Origin: Sphagnum compactum
Taxonomy: Eukaryota
Assembly: GCA_965153455.1 (NCBI GenBank)
Contig: OZ234493.1
Coordinates: 9,538,213 to 9,602,212, forward strand
DNA: 64,000 bases
Direction: 5' to 3'
Below, piece by piece: positions 12,157-25,975 of the stretch. Made by a program: the position numbers and the translations under genes. Under the pieces are notes generated by a model that saw only the letters and a program-made list of their open reading frames with translations, made no database searches and was not told the DNA's origin. Each line of letters starts with the position of its first letter. The stretch's first letter is position 1.

Positions 12157-13069
12157 CTTTCTCAGATGTCAAAAAAGCTCACTGCAAAGTGAAAGGCGAG
12201 TGCATAAAAAAGCTCTTCAATTTTCTCCTGTGACTTTTCCCACAAATTGATCGATCGATGTCCACTCTCCTCCTCCTCCTCTTCCTCCCGCACTTCAAAA
12301 TCAATCTAAAAAGTAAAAGTCGATGATGGGATTTTGTCTGGAGAAAAGATCTTCCTCGAAAATGGCCATTCTCCTCAAGGACCTTCTCTCTGTACTCCTC
12401 TGCTTCTGCATCCATTCGGGGGAGAAGAAGAAGACCCGTTATATCAACGGGTCACCCCTTACATTGAAGACCCCTCATATCATCGGGTCTCACCCTGGTT
12501 ATTCCATACCTAACGCTAGGGTACATCCAAGTCTGTTGCCTCTGCCTGTAAGGGTCTAGGGTAAACCCTAAACCCTAAAAGTGTTTTCTTTTAGCGATTT
12601 TTTCTTTTAGCGACGACAGTGGCGACCATCCATAGAAAGATGGGAAAAAAACTGGCAATTGTCCTTAGGAAGCTTTATCCAAAATCTGGCTACAAACCAA
12701 ATATGAAGTATAAAATCTTTAATCATCCTTTTTATATGGTTTGGTTACACACTGGAAACTAAATATAGGGATCTGGCGAATTGTTCTGTCTTTTTTTTTC
12801 TCACTTCTGGCGATTGAAAACCTTCAAAAACACTTCATAATCCATTTTTTGATATTTAATTTCTCCTTTTGGCGAGATTTCACCGGTAAATAAAATTGCG
12901 GGCGGATACTATGGACCCATGTAGTTTTCATTTGGTTCCATATTTTGATGGACAGAGTATGAAAATGCAAACCAGTGTTGGTTGTGGTATTAACTATGGT
13001 TTTTTTGAACATCTGAGCCTGGTCGTAGTAAAAACTGGGGCTACTTATTCTGTTCAATATTAATTAGTC

Positions 13070-13700
13070 GGGGGTGCCTCGCAACTCCAACTCTTTTTTT
13101 TTCTGCAATGAGCCAATTGATTGGCCCATCGCAAAAAAAAAAAAAGTTGAAACTACGGAAACTAGCTTCCCCAAATAGAAGATTCTATGGAAAGAAGGAG
13201 TGGAAACTAGCTTCCCATCAAAAAATAGAAGATTCTATGGAAAGAAGGAGTGCTGTTCCTTTGGCCCACCTATATTGGTGAGAAGGGGAGGACTTTGGGC
13301 AAAACAAATGGGATTCGAGTGAGGTACTATTGGGAACACCCTTGGGGGAACACGTTGGGAACATAGGGCTAATAAGGGTCCTAGCCAGTGGATCTACTTG
13401 AGGAATTTGAAAAGGAAACCCATCCATCACCAAAGTTTTCAAGAACATCATATGACATTCTACCCCAATTTTGAAGCCCACATATGCTTCCCTTTGACAC
13501 TCCACCTCCCCACTAATTGGCCCCTTTACACTTTACATACATGGAAGTTGAACTGTGGCCAAAACAATAGGGGATAAAATTGAGGTGTTATTAGGAAATG
13601 TCTTGAGGAACGCTTTGGGAACCAGATAAAAACCCCTTCAGCACTTGATGAAAACACATTGGGAACAAACCCAAAAAAAAAAAAACAAAAACCAAAAATT
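13070..13700. mobile_element. Non-coding dispersed repeat (MITE/SINE-like), copy 1
   Basis: Shares aaatagaagattctatggaaag..ggagtg..gcccaccta..ggtgagaaggg.aggactttgggcaaaaca.atgggatt..ctattggga..cacccttggggg.aacac.ttgggaac with 28311-28460. Carries a local ~45-bp duplication at 13157-13250. Confidence 0.7.
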
Positions 13701-16587
13701 CAAACAAGTAAGGTCCTTGCTACCAGTATTGATATACCAACACTGCTATGAACTAGCTAGCACTCACCAACACACTATGAAGAATATGGATGATATGTAG
13801 ATGAGAAAACACTTTTTCATTATGTTCCTGTCCCATAGCTAACCACGGTGGGTGGTTAACTCGATATGTACTCACCGTTCACATGCATCTATACTTACCT
13901 AGTCACCATCAAGTGTCTTACCTACTTACCCTATTATATACATAGTAACCACTTTTATATTACCTACCTACTTATCTATGATACTTCCCTACTTACTTAC
14001 ATAGGTTGTTACCTCGGTAAATGTGACGTGGTCGGAGGAGGCTTTTCATGACATTTTACCTTGGTAACTCAGTTGCGGTTCATCCATAACTGAGTCATTA
14101 TAGGTTTCCAATGGATGATGCACTGGTGGGTTTTGGGTCACATAATCCCATTTTGACATTTAGTCAAAGGATGATAAACATCCCTTTAGTGTATTTAGAC
14201 AAAGGATGATAAACATCCCTTTACAAATTTTGCAGGTGTGTCACTGGGGCACCCACATGGTTCTACTCTCCCCATTCATTCTGCTTAGAATGGCAAAAGA
14301 AGTTTGTATTACATGTACTCCAATCAATCCTCATAAGTTTTGAACCTATTGACCTTCGGGGAGCATGGCCAAATAAGTAAGTATCAATGGCCTGGATCCA
14401 TCAATTTGCCGTAAAACAACATCCTAATTCTATCGGCCTTAAATATGGCACGAAAATTAGTCAAATCTTGCAACAGAACCATGCCGCTGAACATGAATCA
14501 AACCTTGCAACAGAACAGAACCACACAGCTGCTGGATTGGGCCCCATACTTATACAAGTGCAAAGTTGGTAAGGGGAGATGGTTAATGTCCTGGCATTCA
14601 GTCAATGCCTTTGCAGTTCACAGCTTAAGTTCCAGAATTGGGTAGTAGTATTGTGATACTCTTTGCTGTTATTTGAATGACATCACAGCTTGTGCTTGCT
14701 GGATAACTTCTTTCAATCTGGGACAAATATCCCTGCCAAGAAAGGATCGTGGAGCCCATGGAGCCCACATCCACAGACTCGGAGACAGTAGGCCTACCCA
14801 TCACCAGCCTGAGTGTCACACCAGCTCATTGTTTGTGCCAAAGTCCCAATTTTCTAAAAAACCATGCTGATGGTGATTGAGAGTATCTGATGAGATTGTC
14901 CTCCTACTAAAGAAACCTTACCTTGCGAGTGAAGGCTTTACCTTGCAGAATTGGCAGTCTCGAGTACATTCTTACTTGGCAAAATTGTCCATCAGATTTC
15001 ATGTTCAGATGGATTGGTTGCTAATTATTCACTAAGTTGAAGGTTGTTCTCAACACCTACTACTTACAGATTGATTGCTTATGCACATTGGATGCCACAA
15101 GAAGATCAAATATTGAAGATGTGTACATAAGACCCGAGTGGGTTTCTAGGAGCAAGATTGGGTAGTTTGTTATTGGTAAATTGTGTTTTGCAGTTCTTCA
15201 TTCAAATCTTTAAATATAATCAATTGAGGTTTTTTGGAGTTAATTTTCTTCCTGCAAATCCAACATACACAAATGCACATGCTACTAGGTGCTTGTACCT
15301 TCTAAACACATGTTCTGAAGTTCAATTTCTACAGCAGAAAAACAAATCCAGAATAAAACCCATGTTAATTTCTGACTCAAGAACCATAGAACATTATTCC
15401 ATAAAACTACATTCCAGAAGAATACAAAGTTTGTTCCAATAATATGTTCAAGAAGTATGTATCAAAGATGTTCCCTCCAAAAATGCTCTAATTCTAAATT
15501 AGTAGCTAATATTCTAACCAATAATCTAACTAACAAGTCTATCACTCATTCCTACTAATTTGGCCAATTCCTTTGTACATGATTGCCAATCCACCTACCT
15601 CACAAGATTGAAAAATAGAAAACCCTGGTGAGAACTCTAAACTTTAATGCTAAAATATCAACTCGTCTATTTTGAATTGGAACTCTTAACATAAAATTTG
15701 ATTGTAAACTTGAAATGCTATCCTCCTGCCCCCGCCCCCCACAAGCCTTGATTACATCTTACTCATCCACATGTGATGAGTCATGAATATACATGACTCA
15801 TTGTCCTAAACACGCATGAGTCATACAAGTAATAAACTAGCCTACTAAAACATTATTGGGATGGGTGACTTCACAAGAGTTACTACACTTGGGCAAATAA
15901 CACATGGGCCCACTAATTAATTACAATTAGTAAAATCAATATGGTCCTAATACAATATCATTGGATGTTTTCAAAAATAAAATACTGGAGGAAAACTAGT
16001 CTCAAGCAATGTTTATAAATTGTTTCCAATTTGATGTAAATTATTCAATGTGTTAGGTGTAAGGTAAGGGATTCTTATGAAGGTTTCACAGGTTGGTTTT
16101 TAGATTTTAAAATATCTGTCACCCTTGATTTTATGATTTTTTTTGAAAACTAAGACCCATTTGTTATGGGTCTAGAATGAAAATTCAAAAAATAAATAAA
16201 ACCCACTAACCAATTCTAAGGTTGTGTCAAAGTTTTTTAGACCACGAATTCCTTAGTTCATTAATTCTAAGCTTTCTAAAACCTATTGGTTCCAGGTCCA
16301 AGGTCGATTTTGAGCTTTAGGGTTTTAAAACCTAGACCTAATTCCAGGTCTAGACCCCATCTAGCCCCTACCCAAGACCCTACATTTCCAACACCATAAT
16401 AGCAACAGAAAAAAAGATGATCAAAAAAAAAAAAACTGAGACAGGGTATCAATATTTTTTATAAAAATTGTATCAGTTCTCACAAACTGATTATTACTTT
16501 TCTTTTTCAAATAAAAAATCATAACCAAAATTACACAAAAATTTATTGATTTTCTTTTATTTTTCTTTAAAATCAAAAATCATAAGC

Positions 16588-16826
16588 AACAGAGTTATCT
16601 GTCAAGCAAGGAAAGCATAGCACCAGAACCCTGAGTTTGGTCATACACAAAACAGAGGGGGGAAGAGGGGGGGATTCAGAAAACTATCAATTTTTGTGGT
16701 AAACTGAGTTTCATCTTGTCTTTCATTTTCTTGAGCGCCTCCACTGATGTTACATATAATTTTCATTGCTCCTGCTCGTACAACTATTATAATTACTCTC
16801 CAACCTTGTGCATTCAACCTTGTACA
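16588..16826 (-). repeat. Diverged inverted duplicate of 27915-28204
   Basis: Its reverse complement aligns by eye with 27915-28204 (gcacaaggtt.gaga.taatt.ta.ta.ttgtac..aggagca.tgaaaat.atatgta.ca.cag.ggag.cgctca.gaaa..gaaagaca.g.tgaaactcagtttac..., then accaaactcaggg..tctggtgct.tg.tttccttgctt.acagataactct). Confidence 0.85.
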
Positions 16827-19307
16827 CAATACTCCAAAAACATGACTTGGGTTAGTGGGTTTTATCTCATCCAGTCTCAATATTTTTAATTTTTTTCCTT
16901 GAGCCAGTTCTCACCATCCAGTTCTCCCTTGTCTAATGATCAAGTTTTTAATCAGGATCATTCAAAATGATACCTTGAAAAATTCATATGATGATACTCG
17001 AATAATAAAAAAGTGAGATCTGAAAGTATTTTTGATACCTGCCTAACACTGGTGTGAATGTGTGTTATTAAGGATGATGGGTTTAGTCCACAGACATGCC
17101 ATTGAAAAAAAGGTTTCTAGCCCAATCATTTTGGATATGAAACTTTGTATTCTATCCATGTAGTAGTTGGTTCTAGCTTGTAATTGACAATTTTTCTATT
17201 TTTCTCACGTTAGATGTACCCTGATTTCTAAGAGCCTTCACTTTGATGATCATATCTTACTTTATTCACCTATTTAGAAACGAGGCATATAAAAAATAAG
17301 TTGGTGTTCATAAACATCATTCATTTGTTGATAGATGTGTCAAATGAAGACATCCAAATCAACTTGGTAATTTATTATTTTACTGAAGAATCAAATTTTG
17401 GGTCATTCAGACACATATGTATTTGGAGTTTTCTAACATATCGATGTGCAACTTGCTAAACCAAATAGATCATGTTCCCAAGCATAAAATGATCACTAGG
17501 TTTTGACGGTAGGTGCTTTCAATAGGGAATTTGCCTTGGAAAGGTGAAAATGGATGTGGAAAAGGTGATAAACAATTTTCTATTGGGGAAATCCATGGGG
17601 TAATTTTGCATCTTGTCAACAATGTATCAAATGTTTATGTATCATCACATGATCATGACAAGATTTTATTGTCATCTATGTAGCTATGGTGAAATCATGG
17701 AACTTAGGTGTCCCATTTCATATCATTATGCAATTCTTTAAAGTTCAAAAGCAACTAGGGTTTGCACTTGTTTGCTTCTTTTTTTTCATTTTTAGTACAA
17801 ATTGATTGTGTTCTTGAAAAAAATGTTTTTCATTTTTGAGATTTGGGTCAAGGATTTTGTTTGCAAACTGAGTGAGTTTCTTACATGTTGGAAAGTTAAG
17901 GAATTAGGAAAAAGAAAGGAGTTAATGTTTCTGTAGATAGGAGGATTTTTAAAAATTCTCTTGAGTGCCCCCTTTCTTTCCCCCTCCCTCTTCTCTCCTT
18001 GCCTCTTTCATTATACATTTTTCTTTTTCAGCAACAATTTCCAGTAAAAACCAATTTTGAATAGGAGCAATTTCAACACTATCTTTTTTCAAAAGTCAAA
18101 CAATGATAAACATATGAAGGTGAATGATGTTGCTAGTAGAATGTTGTTGCATTCATTATTAGTTTTTTTTAAAGCAATTTCATTGTTGCCTTTTACCATC
18201 ATCGAAAGGAAATTATACAAATAAGGGCAAGATCAAATTTCACATCGATGTTTGCATGATGCTAAGTATATAATTTGATCCATCATCTCAAGGGTATTAG
18301 TCAAAGAGGTTGAAAGCAAGTAAGTTTTAAAAACAACAACTTAATTTTAAGAGATTTCAGTTCTTTCTTCCTAGGGGTTAGTAAGTTGCACAAAACACTA
18401 AAGAATTTATTTTTGTCATTGTGAAATTTCCATGAGCTTTAAATTTCACTCAAAAAAATGCATTTGGGTAATTTTGTGCACATGGCGGCAACCCAAATTC
18501 AAGTTCACAACCATGATGAGAGAGAAAGAAAAGGCTTTGATAATCTAATGTACCTTTATTTTGAATTCAATTTTGGAGTAGGCCTTAAACTTGAAGGCAC
18601 ATGTAAAAGATTGTCACCAAAAATCATGTTGTTCACAATTTATAAACAATTCAGAAGTTTGCCAATGACAACTAAATTTTAATTTTCTTTCAATAGTTTA
18701 GTTTTGTTATGTTTGTTTCAAGTGCAATTGATAGGAAATCTAAACATCATTGATAACTATGTATTTTTCAAAATTTGAACCGATTCATGTTATTGGAACT
18801 ACCAACCAAATAGAAAGTAACAATAGGTTGTGTGATTTCCTACAATAATCAAATCAAATAAAAAATTGTAACAAATCTTATTGTAAGATTTTTGCCTATG
18901 AGCTTAATTACTTGCTACATGTTCACACATGCATCGACAATTTTGAAAGTTTGTTACTACCTTATATGAATGGTTTTTTTATTCAAATTTTCATTGTATT
19001 AATAATTGAATGTATCAAAAATTGATATATTGAAATTTATAATATTCATATGGAAAAAAAAAATTCATGTTCAATTGCGTTGCATATAAATTGATTATCT
19101 ATGTTGTGTGAACTTCTTTTGAACCTTCTTCATTTTAAAACCTTGTGGTACACTTGCAAACCTTATAAAAAAATGTTTTCTAACACCTTGTTTAGATAAA
19201 GGGTTAATGTGTAGTTGATTGTACATATTTAATGTTTTAACCTTTTAATGCAATTTTAAATTTCAAAGAATGCATTATGCCAAAATGTGGCATCCATGAC
19301 TAGTGTA

Positions 19308-19600
19308 TGTCATGTGCTACCACATCGGCACTTACACATATCACTATCAACACACAGGTAAATCAAACAACAACACGATACCCAAAATAGTGCATCAACC
19401 CAAATCGAAATAAGTCATCTGCAAACAACAAAGCGTAAGATTCAAAGTCCAAAACACATAAAACATGAAACCACACGATGTGTAAATGAAAAACTATGAA
19501 AACATTTTTAAAAGTACAAAGTAGAAAAACATTATGTCCTAAAATCTCAAATCATCAAAAGTGATTTGAAATCACACAACAAGGAATTATATCCCAAACA
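19308..19600. mobile_element. Probable solo LTR (~290 bp, TG...CA)
   Basis: Starts TGTC and ends AACA. Its first 100 bp are repeated at 19722-19821, next to the Gypsy polypurine tract. Its second half resembles 37540-37738. Confidence 0.5.
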
Positions 19601-19721
19601 CAATAAATTTCGAACCTATTCACATTTGAACTAGTTTACAACTAAACTTAGCTTAAGTAATTAGGATTAAGCTTAATTAAATTAGACTTAATCTTATAAT
19701 TAAACAATAAATTTTAATAAA

Positions 19722-22300
19722 TGTCGTGCATTACCACATTGGTGCCTACCCATATCATTATCAACACACACATAAATCAAATAACAACATGATATCCAAA
19801 ATAGCGCATCAACCCAAATCACCCCCCATTTATGGTTAAGGTTATTCTAAGCCAGATAGCAACATAAGAAATCCTTTATGTGAAATCCACCTGAATGGAA
19901 ACTTTGGTTTTAAGGTGAAAGGACCAATAGGATCGGTGCAAATGTGAGCCCAATCATTAGTCACCTAATTGCAATCGTCCTAATACCTTAGCCAAATGTG
20001 TAGCATGCATTGGGAGAAAATTAAGAAGACTCCTTATTATCAAGCCATAAAAAAAAGTACCTAGGTCAATTGAGTGCACCGTGGGCAAAACCATTTGTCA
20101 ACTGATACTTCCAACAAAGGTGGTGTGAAGCATCCCATGTGCCATCCCTTGGAATACCTATCGCAAATCAACATGGTGGTAGCCCTCGTGGCTTGCCTAC
20201 ACGACATACAACAAAGTCCGGCAAGAATAACTACCAAAGAAAGGTCAATATGACCATCCACATGAAAAAGATGACATGGCTCATAGTTATGCACACGGTC
20301 CTTCCATGTCTGACCATTTTGGCCCTCCAACAACAACACTCCAAAAGGTAATGCCTTCCAAACCCTCAAAATGATACGTCATGTAGTGACATCCAAGGTA
20401 GTTAGTGCAATCTACTACAAATATACAAAATTTCCTAGCTCAAACCTATAAACCTAAAGTCAATAACCACCTCCATGTATAATGGCATATCAAAAAGTAT
20501 CTCAATGTTGAGCAATTGTCAAATTTTCCATTGCCATAGGCATCACACGTCGGAATAAACTTGTTCAATACCTGAAGCCACATTAAAGGATCATCCAAAC
20601 TTGCCAATGCCATAACATCACATTGAATGGAGGCTGGTAATTTGGGACGATGATTGAATAAAATAAAATATGGTGAAAATGATGCAAGGGAAGCCTATTA
20701 TCTAAACTTATATCATTTGGTTAACCATGGTAACTATAATTTTCAATCTAGACTAGTATGACCCTTTTGGAGACCATACTTACGTAATATTCGTTTCACC
20801 ATTTGCACCATTCATTCAACTAACATGTCTACTTCAAAATGGTTTCATGAAATAATTTGATGATCAATCAATGCCTTTTCACACAACTCTTAGAAATCCC
20901 CACGAAATTGTATTTTGGTCAATGAGAATCTTGGTTAGAGCCCCAAACCTATTAAACATTATATCCAAAATGCATATGCATCTCCCTCATTGCTATGATA
21001 TGGCAATGACACCAACTCCAACGACTTGGAAAAATGTTCAATCATAACCAAAACATATTGATCACGTTGAGGTGTCACATTCAATGGGATGGCAAAATCC
21101 AAACTTGATCCATCGGTAACCTAGCCCCATAATTAGTAAAGGTTGTAAATGGGGTGTAGGTGCATTGAATGATGCATGAACTTGGTCACACACCATACAT
21201 CAAGAAACAAACTGCTAAACTTGTAATTGCATCCATCGTCACCAATATTGTGTCTGGAGCAAACTATATGTGTGTCGAATCCCAAAATGACCCAATTCTT
21301 CATGAACATGTTGTACAAAGCCTTGATGTTGTTTTAAGAGAAACATTATTTGTACTCATCTATCTGTCCACACTCGTAGTAAGGAATTACCTTCCCAACT
21401 CAACCACTTGGCCCTATGCGCAACATGGTTTCGTTCCTTAAGTCTCAATCCAACTGGAACTTCACATACTTGTAAATATGCAATAATAGGTGCATCCTCA
21501 TGGATGTCTAGGGCACCATTACCCTCTAACTCAATATCTTGGTCATCATGTGAATCCCCATTATCCATGCCACTATGGGGTACATTTCCAAAATGCCCCA
21601 ACATGGTGCGCAAGTATGCAAAGGCATGCCATCTTGGTACTGCCTCCAAATCAATATCCCCATGCCAATGAACCCCAGTGGTGTCCTCTTCTCTAGTACT
21701 TGGATTCCGATTCATTTCAATTAACCCTACCAGCTTATGAACAATGTCAAAATCATACTTTTGTAGGATAAGTGTTCAACATGCTAACTTTCCTATGAGT
21801 CAATCTAATTCCATCAGGAATTTCAAAAGTTGGTGGTATGTAACCAAAATGAATGGGCTATCATAAAGATAACACTTAAATGAATAAATTACCCAAACAA
21901 CTGCAAGGCGCTCCCCTTCATATGAGCTATATTTGGCGCTTGTCTTGTTGGACCAACTTACATATGCCACCACAAACTCTCGACCATTGTTGTCAAATTA
22001 GGTGAGCACAATTTCAAACCCTAAAGTATTCTAGTCAATATGTAACTAAAAGGGTTGTCTTCGTATGGGTTGTCGCACAATGGGAGTTAATGAAAGTTTG
22101 GCCTTCAACTCATGAAAGGCCTACTCCTGTGCTTCACCCCAAATGTATTCATGATCAAGTTGTGTCAATTTGGTCAAAGGTTTAGTTATGCTATTAAATC
22201 TTTTGAGAAATCGTTGATAATAATTACACTTGAACCTATAAAAGATCATAACTAACTAACATTCATTGGATGGGGACTTGTGAAATGGTTTTAACCAAAA
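19722..22300 (-). mobile_element. Degenerate, 5'-truncated Ty3/Gypsy LTR retrotransposon: RT thumb-RNase H-integrase-PHD finger, polypurine tract, shortened 3' LTR
   Basis: Minus-strand frames with many stops read CNYYQRF..KPLTKLT..WGEAQE*AFHELK, GREFVVAY, YSSYEGERLAVVW, LILQKYDFDIVH (RNase H), then VHEELGHFG..CMVC (HHCC), YVLVMIEHFSK (integrase core) and a C-terminal PHD. RT-RH-INT order is Ty3/Gypsy. A G-run at 19822-19827 abuts TG. Confidence 0.9.
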
Positions 22301-22664
22301 CTGAGTTAAGCTAATTGGGGCCCAACATGTACCCAAGTATCAAAAATCTAAATAAAAACCCAATTCTTAATGAACCAGGCATCTCAAATTTGATATCCAA
22401 AAATCTAAGTATCAACCCCAGTAGCACCCTAGGTAATACCCAGCCAATTTTTTGGCTGAGAACCAGGTTGGTTCTGAACCAGGGTTTGGTACCCACCCAA
22501 CACTGGACTAGACCATGCAAGCTCATTTCCCCATCCAAGAGGTTTTTGGATGTTTTTGTACTGCGATCGATGAGGATCCAATGCTGATTGACCTAATGTC
22601 TTCCCTCACCTTGCTTGTTAAGCTGACTTTTAATTAGTGATACAAGAGTAAATATGACACAATC

Positions 22665-22844
22665 GGTCACACTACTGGACTTGAAATTATTTTAAGAAAC
22701 CGAACTTAAGAACCCACTTCAAAATTAACTATTTGTTGCTCACATGGGTTTTCAAATCTGAAATGGGTTCAGTTTTTAAATCTGAAGTGGGTTCTTAAGT
22801 TTGGTGTTTCTATACTATAATTTCAAATCCAGTCCCTTTTGACC
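22665..22844. mobile_element. Foldback MITE with ~50-bp terminal inverted repeats
   Basis: actggacttgaaattat..agaaaccgaacttaagaacccacttca (from 22674) is the near-reverse complement of tgaagtgggttcttaagtttggtgtttcta..ataatttcaaatccagt (to 22833). Outer GGTCA/TGACC ends. Confidence 0.8.
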
Positions 22845-25119
22845 AACACAGGAATTTCCCAAACAATTGAAATCTATCTAGTAGGGACAAGAACTGATGG
22901 TCTTCTTTTGAAGCAAGAATTGAACACCACTAGTATGGCATTAGAACATAGGAGGTGTCCAAGAAGATAGCTCCAATTACCCATCTCGAGGGAAGAATGC
23001 AAGTGCAAATGGCACTGGTAAATATTGGGATGCAATCTGGATTGCGCATTCACTACCCACCAGAAACCCTAATATACAGAAATATAACACCCCACTACGC
23101 CCTAAACCCAGAGTAACATCATATGCCTGCATTCACTGACTTGCTTTCTTTGCAGATAGTTTCCATCTGAGCAACAAGTAGGCTAGTTATGTTTGGAAAC
23201 ATTTTCTCATAAACCCTGAACCATGCAACCCAACATTGCCAACAAAAGCATGCAACCAAAAACTAAGTCCTGGCAAGGAAGACAGAGCAAAATAGGATTG
23301 TTTACAAGTAGTGCACACGGGGCTTGTTGGCTCAAGGGGTCATTCAGCAACCAATATCTCATGAACCACAGATTTGCATGCAACCACCCTTAAATTTTAA
23401 AACATAATAGTAATAATAATAAGAATAAGAATAAATCTTTACCCATTTGTTTTTATGTCTACTACATTTCCCCTTTTAATTAATCTCACCTTAATTTCAT
23501 GCTGAATTGTGTGCATTCCACATGTGTTTCACAAGCAATTTTTTTGTGAAAACATGAATGGGACGCTTGCTACATTCAGAAAAACAAAGGCTAAATTGGA
23601 TTTCTATTTGCCTTTAGTAAACTCTTCCTTTTGAATTCATGAGGGGGAAGATACAAATCACCATGTGTTTTGACAAAGTTTCCAATGGCACGGTGGAGTG
23701 GTAGAAGAAACAAAGGTTTCCTTTCTAGAAAAGCACCCCATGGTTGCTTGGGAGCATTGGTGCATTTGGCCAAGTGTGATAGTTGAGGGTGAGGTCAGTT
23801 GTAATGTAGATTCCGGGTTTGTTAGAACACATTTTGGGTACATTCTCAAGACTAGCATTTGGAACCAAAGCTAAAGAACTACATAAACCCAGCCCTACTT
23901 GTTTTGTAAAACCCCATAACCAACAGAGACATCATGGTCATTTTGCATATTGCATCATTCTATACAAATTTCAATATGAATTGGTACTAGATATTTTGTA
24001 CCCGTCTGTTTTGAGCACAATTATTTATCCCATTTTGAGGCTTAGGGGAAATATGGCATACTCCCTATATGTGCAGCCTTATTTTTTAGTGAAATTATTA
24101 TGTGCACCGTTGTGAAAATTTTGGACATTTTCTGTTGCAAATTCAATGCTTTTGGACATTTTCTATTTGCAAATTCAACAATGCAGAAAATATTCAAAAA
24201 TCTCCAGATTTTAGACTATATACATGGTTCAAGTAGATAGCCAAAAAGATGCAAGGATGTTAAAAATTTTCTCCTTGCATTTTTTGTTAATAGCTAAATT
24301 AGGCTAAATTGGCTTATGAGTGATTGCCACCTCAACCACATCACAAAATTGAAAATAGAATCACTGATCAAATGTCACCTTGTTGAGGATTGTGTGTTAA
24401 TAACATCTCCACCAAAGATGCACAACATTGGACAACACATGCAAGTTCTCAATTGGAGCCATGTGTGTATATGCCCCAAAAAAATTTGTCTCTCATCAGC
24501 CTTTTTTTTATTGGCGAAACTTCCTCAAAAAGCAAAACTAGAATTTACAAATTCAAAAAAAAAAGTGATTTTGGATGCTTTCAATCCTCAAAAGTGAGGA
24601 AAAAATTAGTAAAAATCATCAGATTCTTATATGTGGTTTTCAGTATGTAGACGACAGAAATATAAAACAATAATTAAATAATCTGTACTTCATATTTGGT
24701 TTATAGCCAGATTTAACTAAATCTTCCTAGGGGTGATCGATAGCCACTTTTAAAACATTTTCCTATGGATGATTGGCACTTTGGCTACAAACAATTCTTT
24801 TTTCAAAAACCACTGGACCTCTAGACTCTCACAGAGATAAGATTTGGTTTCTCAAACCTTGTGGCAGAGTGTGACTTCTTCAAATTAGTTCTAAAACACA
24901 TATCTTCGGACATGTATCAATGCAAAGCAATTCCTGCAATAATTTGTCATTCCCATAAGCTGATGATGGGTTAGGCTATCCTGGCTTTGCCCCTGGCAAG
25001 GTACGGGCCGAAGGCTATTGTGAACCTAAATATACCTAAAGAGCTGATAGAATGGTTTTTCAGTGTATGCAGAGGGTGCCTTACCCTCATTGAATTTTCT
25101 GCCTTGAGAGAGGATGGTA

Positions 25120-25430
25120 CCTTACACCTAAACCCTAAATTGAGGAACATGGGACCTTACACCTAAAACCCAAAATTGAGGAACATAAGACCTTACACCT
25201 AAACCCTAAATTGAGGAACATAGGACCTTACACCTAAACCCTAAATTGAGGAACATAAAATCTTACACCTAAACCCTAAATTGAGGAACATAGGACCTTA
25301 CACCTAAACCCTAAATTGAGGAACATAGGACCTTACACCTAAACCCTAAATTGAGGAACATAGGACCGTACACCTAAAACCCTAAATTGAGGAACATAAG
25401 ACCTTACACCTAAACCCTAAATTGAGGAAC
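25120..25430. repeat. 35-36 bp minisatellite, about 9 copies, each with telomere-like CCTAAACCCTAAA
   Basis: Unit ccttacacctaaaccctaaattgaggaacata(g/a)ga is repeated with very few substitutions. Confidence 0.95.
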
Positions 25431-25975
25431 CTTATGTGTAAGGTGCCTCCTCGCCTTCTCAAACAAAATCACTTCGGTTTAAAATTCCACCAGATCTTTA
25501 GGCCTGGTAATGAACTGAAAGGGTGGGCAGTTCTGGGAATTTGGGTCCAAACTGCGCTCTGTTCCCACCTCAGGCTGGGCCCTCTTTTCCGAGAATGGTG
25601 TGCATTCTGGGTCCTTACCCTACAGGAAGATCACCAGGTGTAGGAGTGGGGAAGGTTCTTACAGCTACTCCTTAGGAGTGAGGCGGAGGTGTTCCGGATT
25701 TGCAGCTAACTCGTGTCAAGGGACCAAGGATGTGGAAATCTTGCTTTGGCACTCTCTCTTTATTAAGAAATCTAGAGGCCATTGACATGATGGGGGCACA
25801 AGCTCTAAAATTTTGATGTCTCTGGTAGTAGTAATTTACCTTAAGGCCATGATAAAAAAAAAACTCGCTATTTCGAAGTCTGGTTGAAGTCTGAATTGCT
25901 GTTGTGGTGTGCGCCAAGCTGCCAGCAAAGGACTGTGAAGACTTGCTATCCTCAAAACTGTTCAAAGTGATGGTA

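Noticed and set aside
14880..14945. Hammerhead ribozyme (CTGATGA...GAAAC)
   Set aside because: There is no stem II closing G-C before GAAA, and stem III is not followed by UH. The CTGATGA at 24960 likewise lacks a GAAA partner.
17100..18750. Possible hAT-type transposase remnant
   Set aside because: Only faint, stop-riddled resemblance. It cannot be supported without a profile search. The same applies to 7600-9100, 29500-30200, 35700-36200, 40500-41500 and 63000-63700.
25100..25600. Telomerase RNA (CCUAAACCCUAAA resembles a plant template)
   Set aside because: I see no USE+TATA type-3 promoter at the right spacing, the template would be repeated nine times, and the same motif is common across the window. 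An Infernal search with a plant TR model would settle it.
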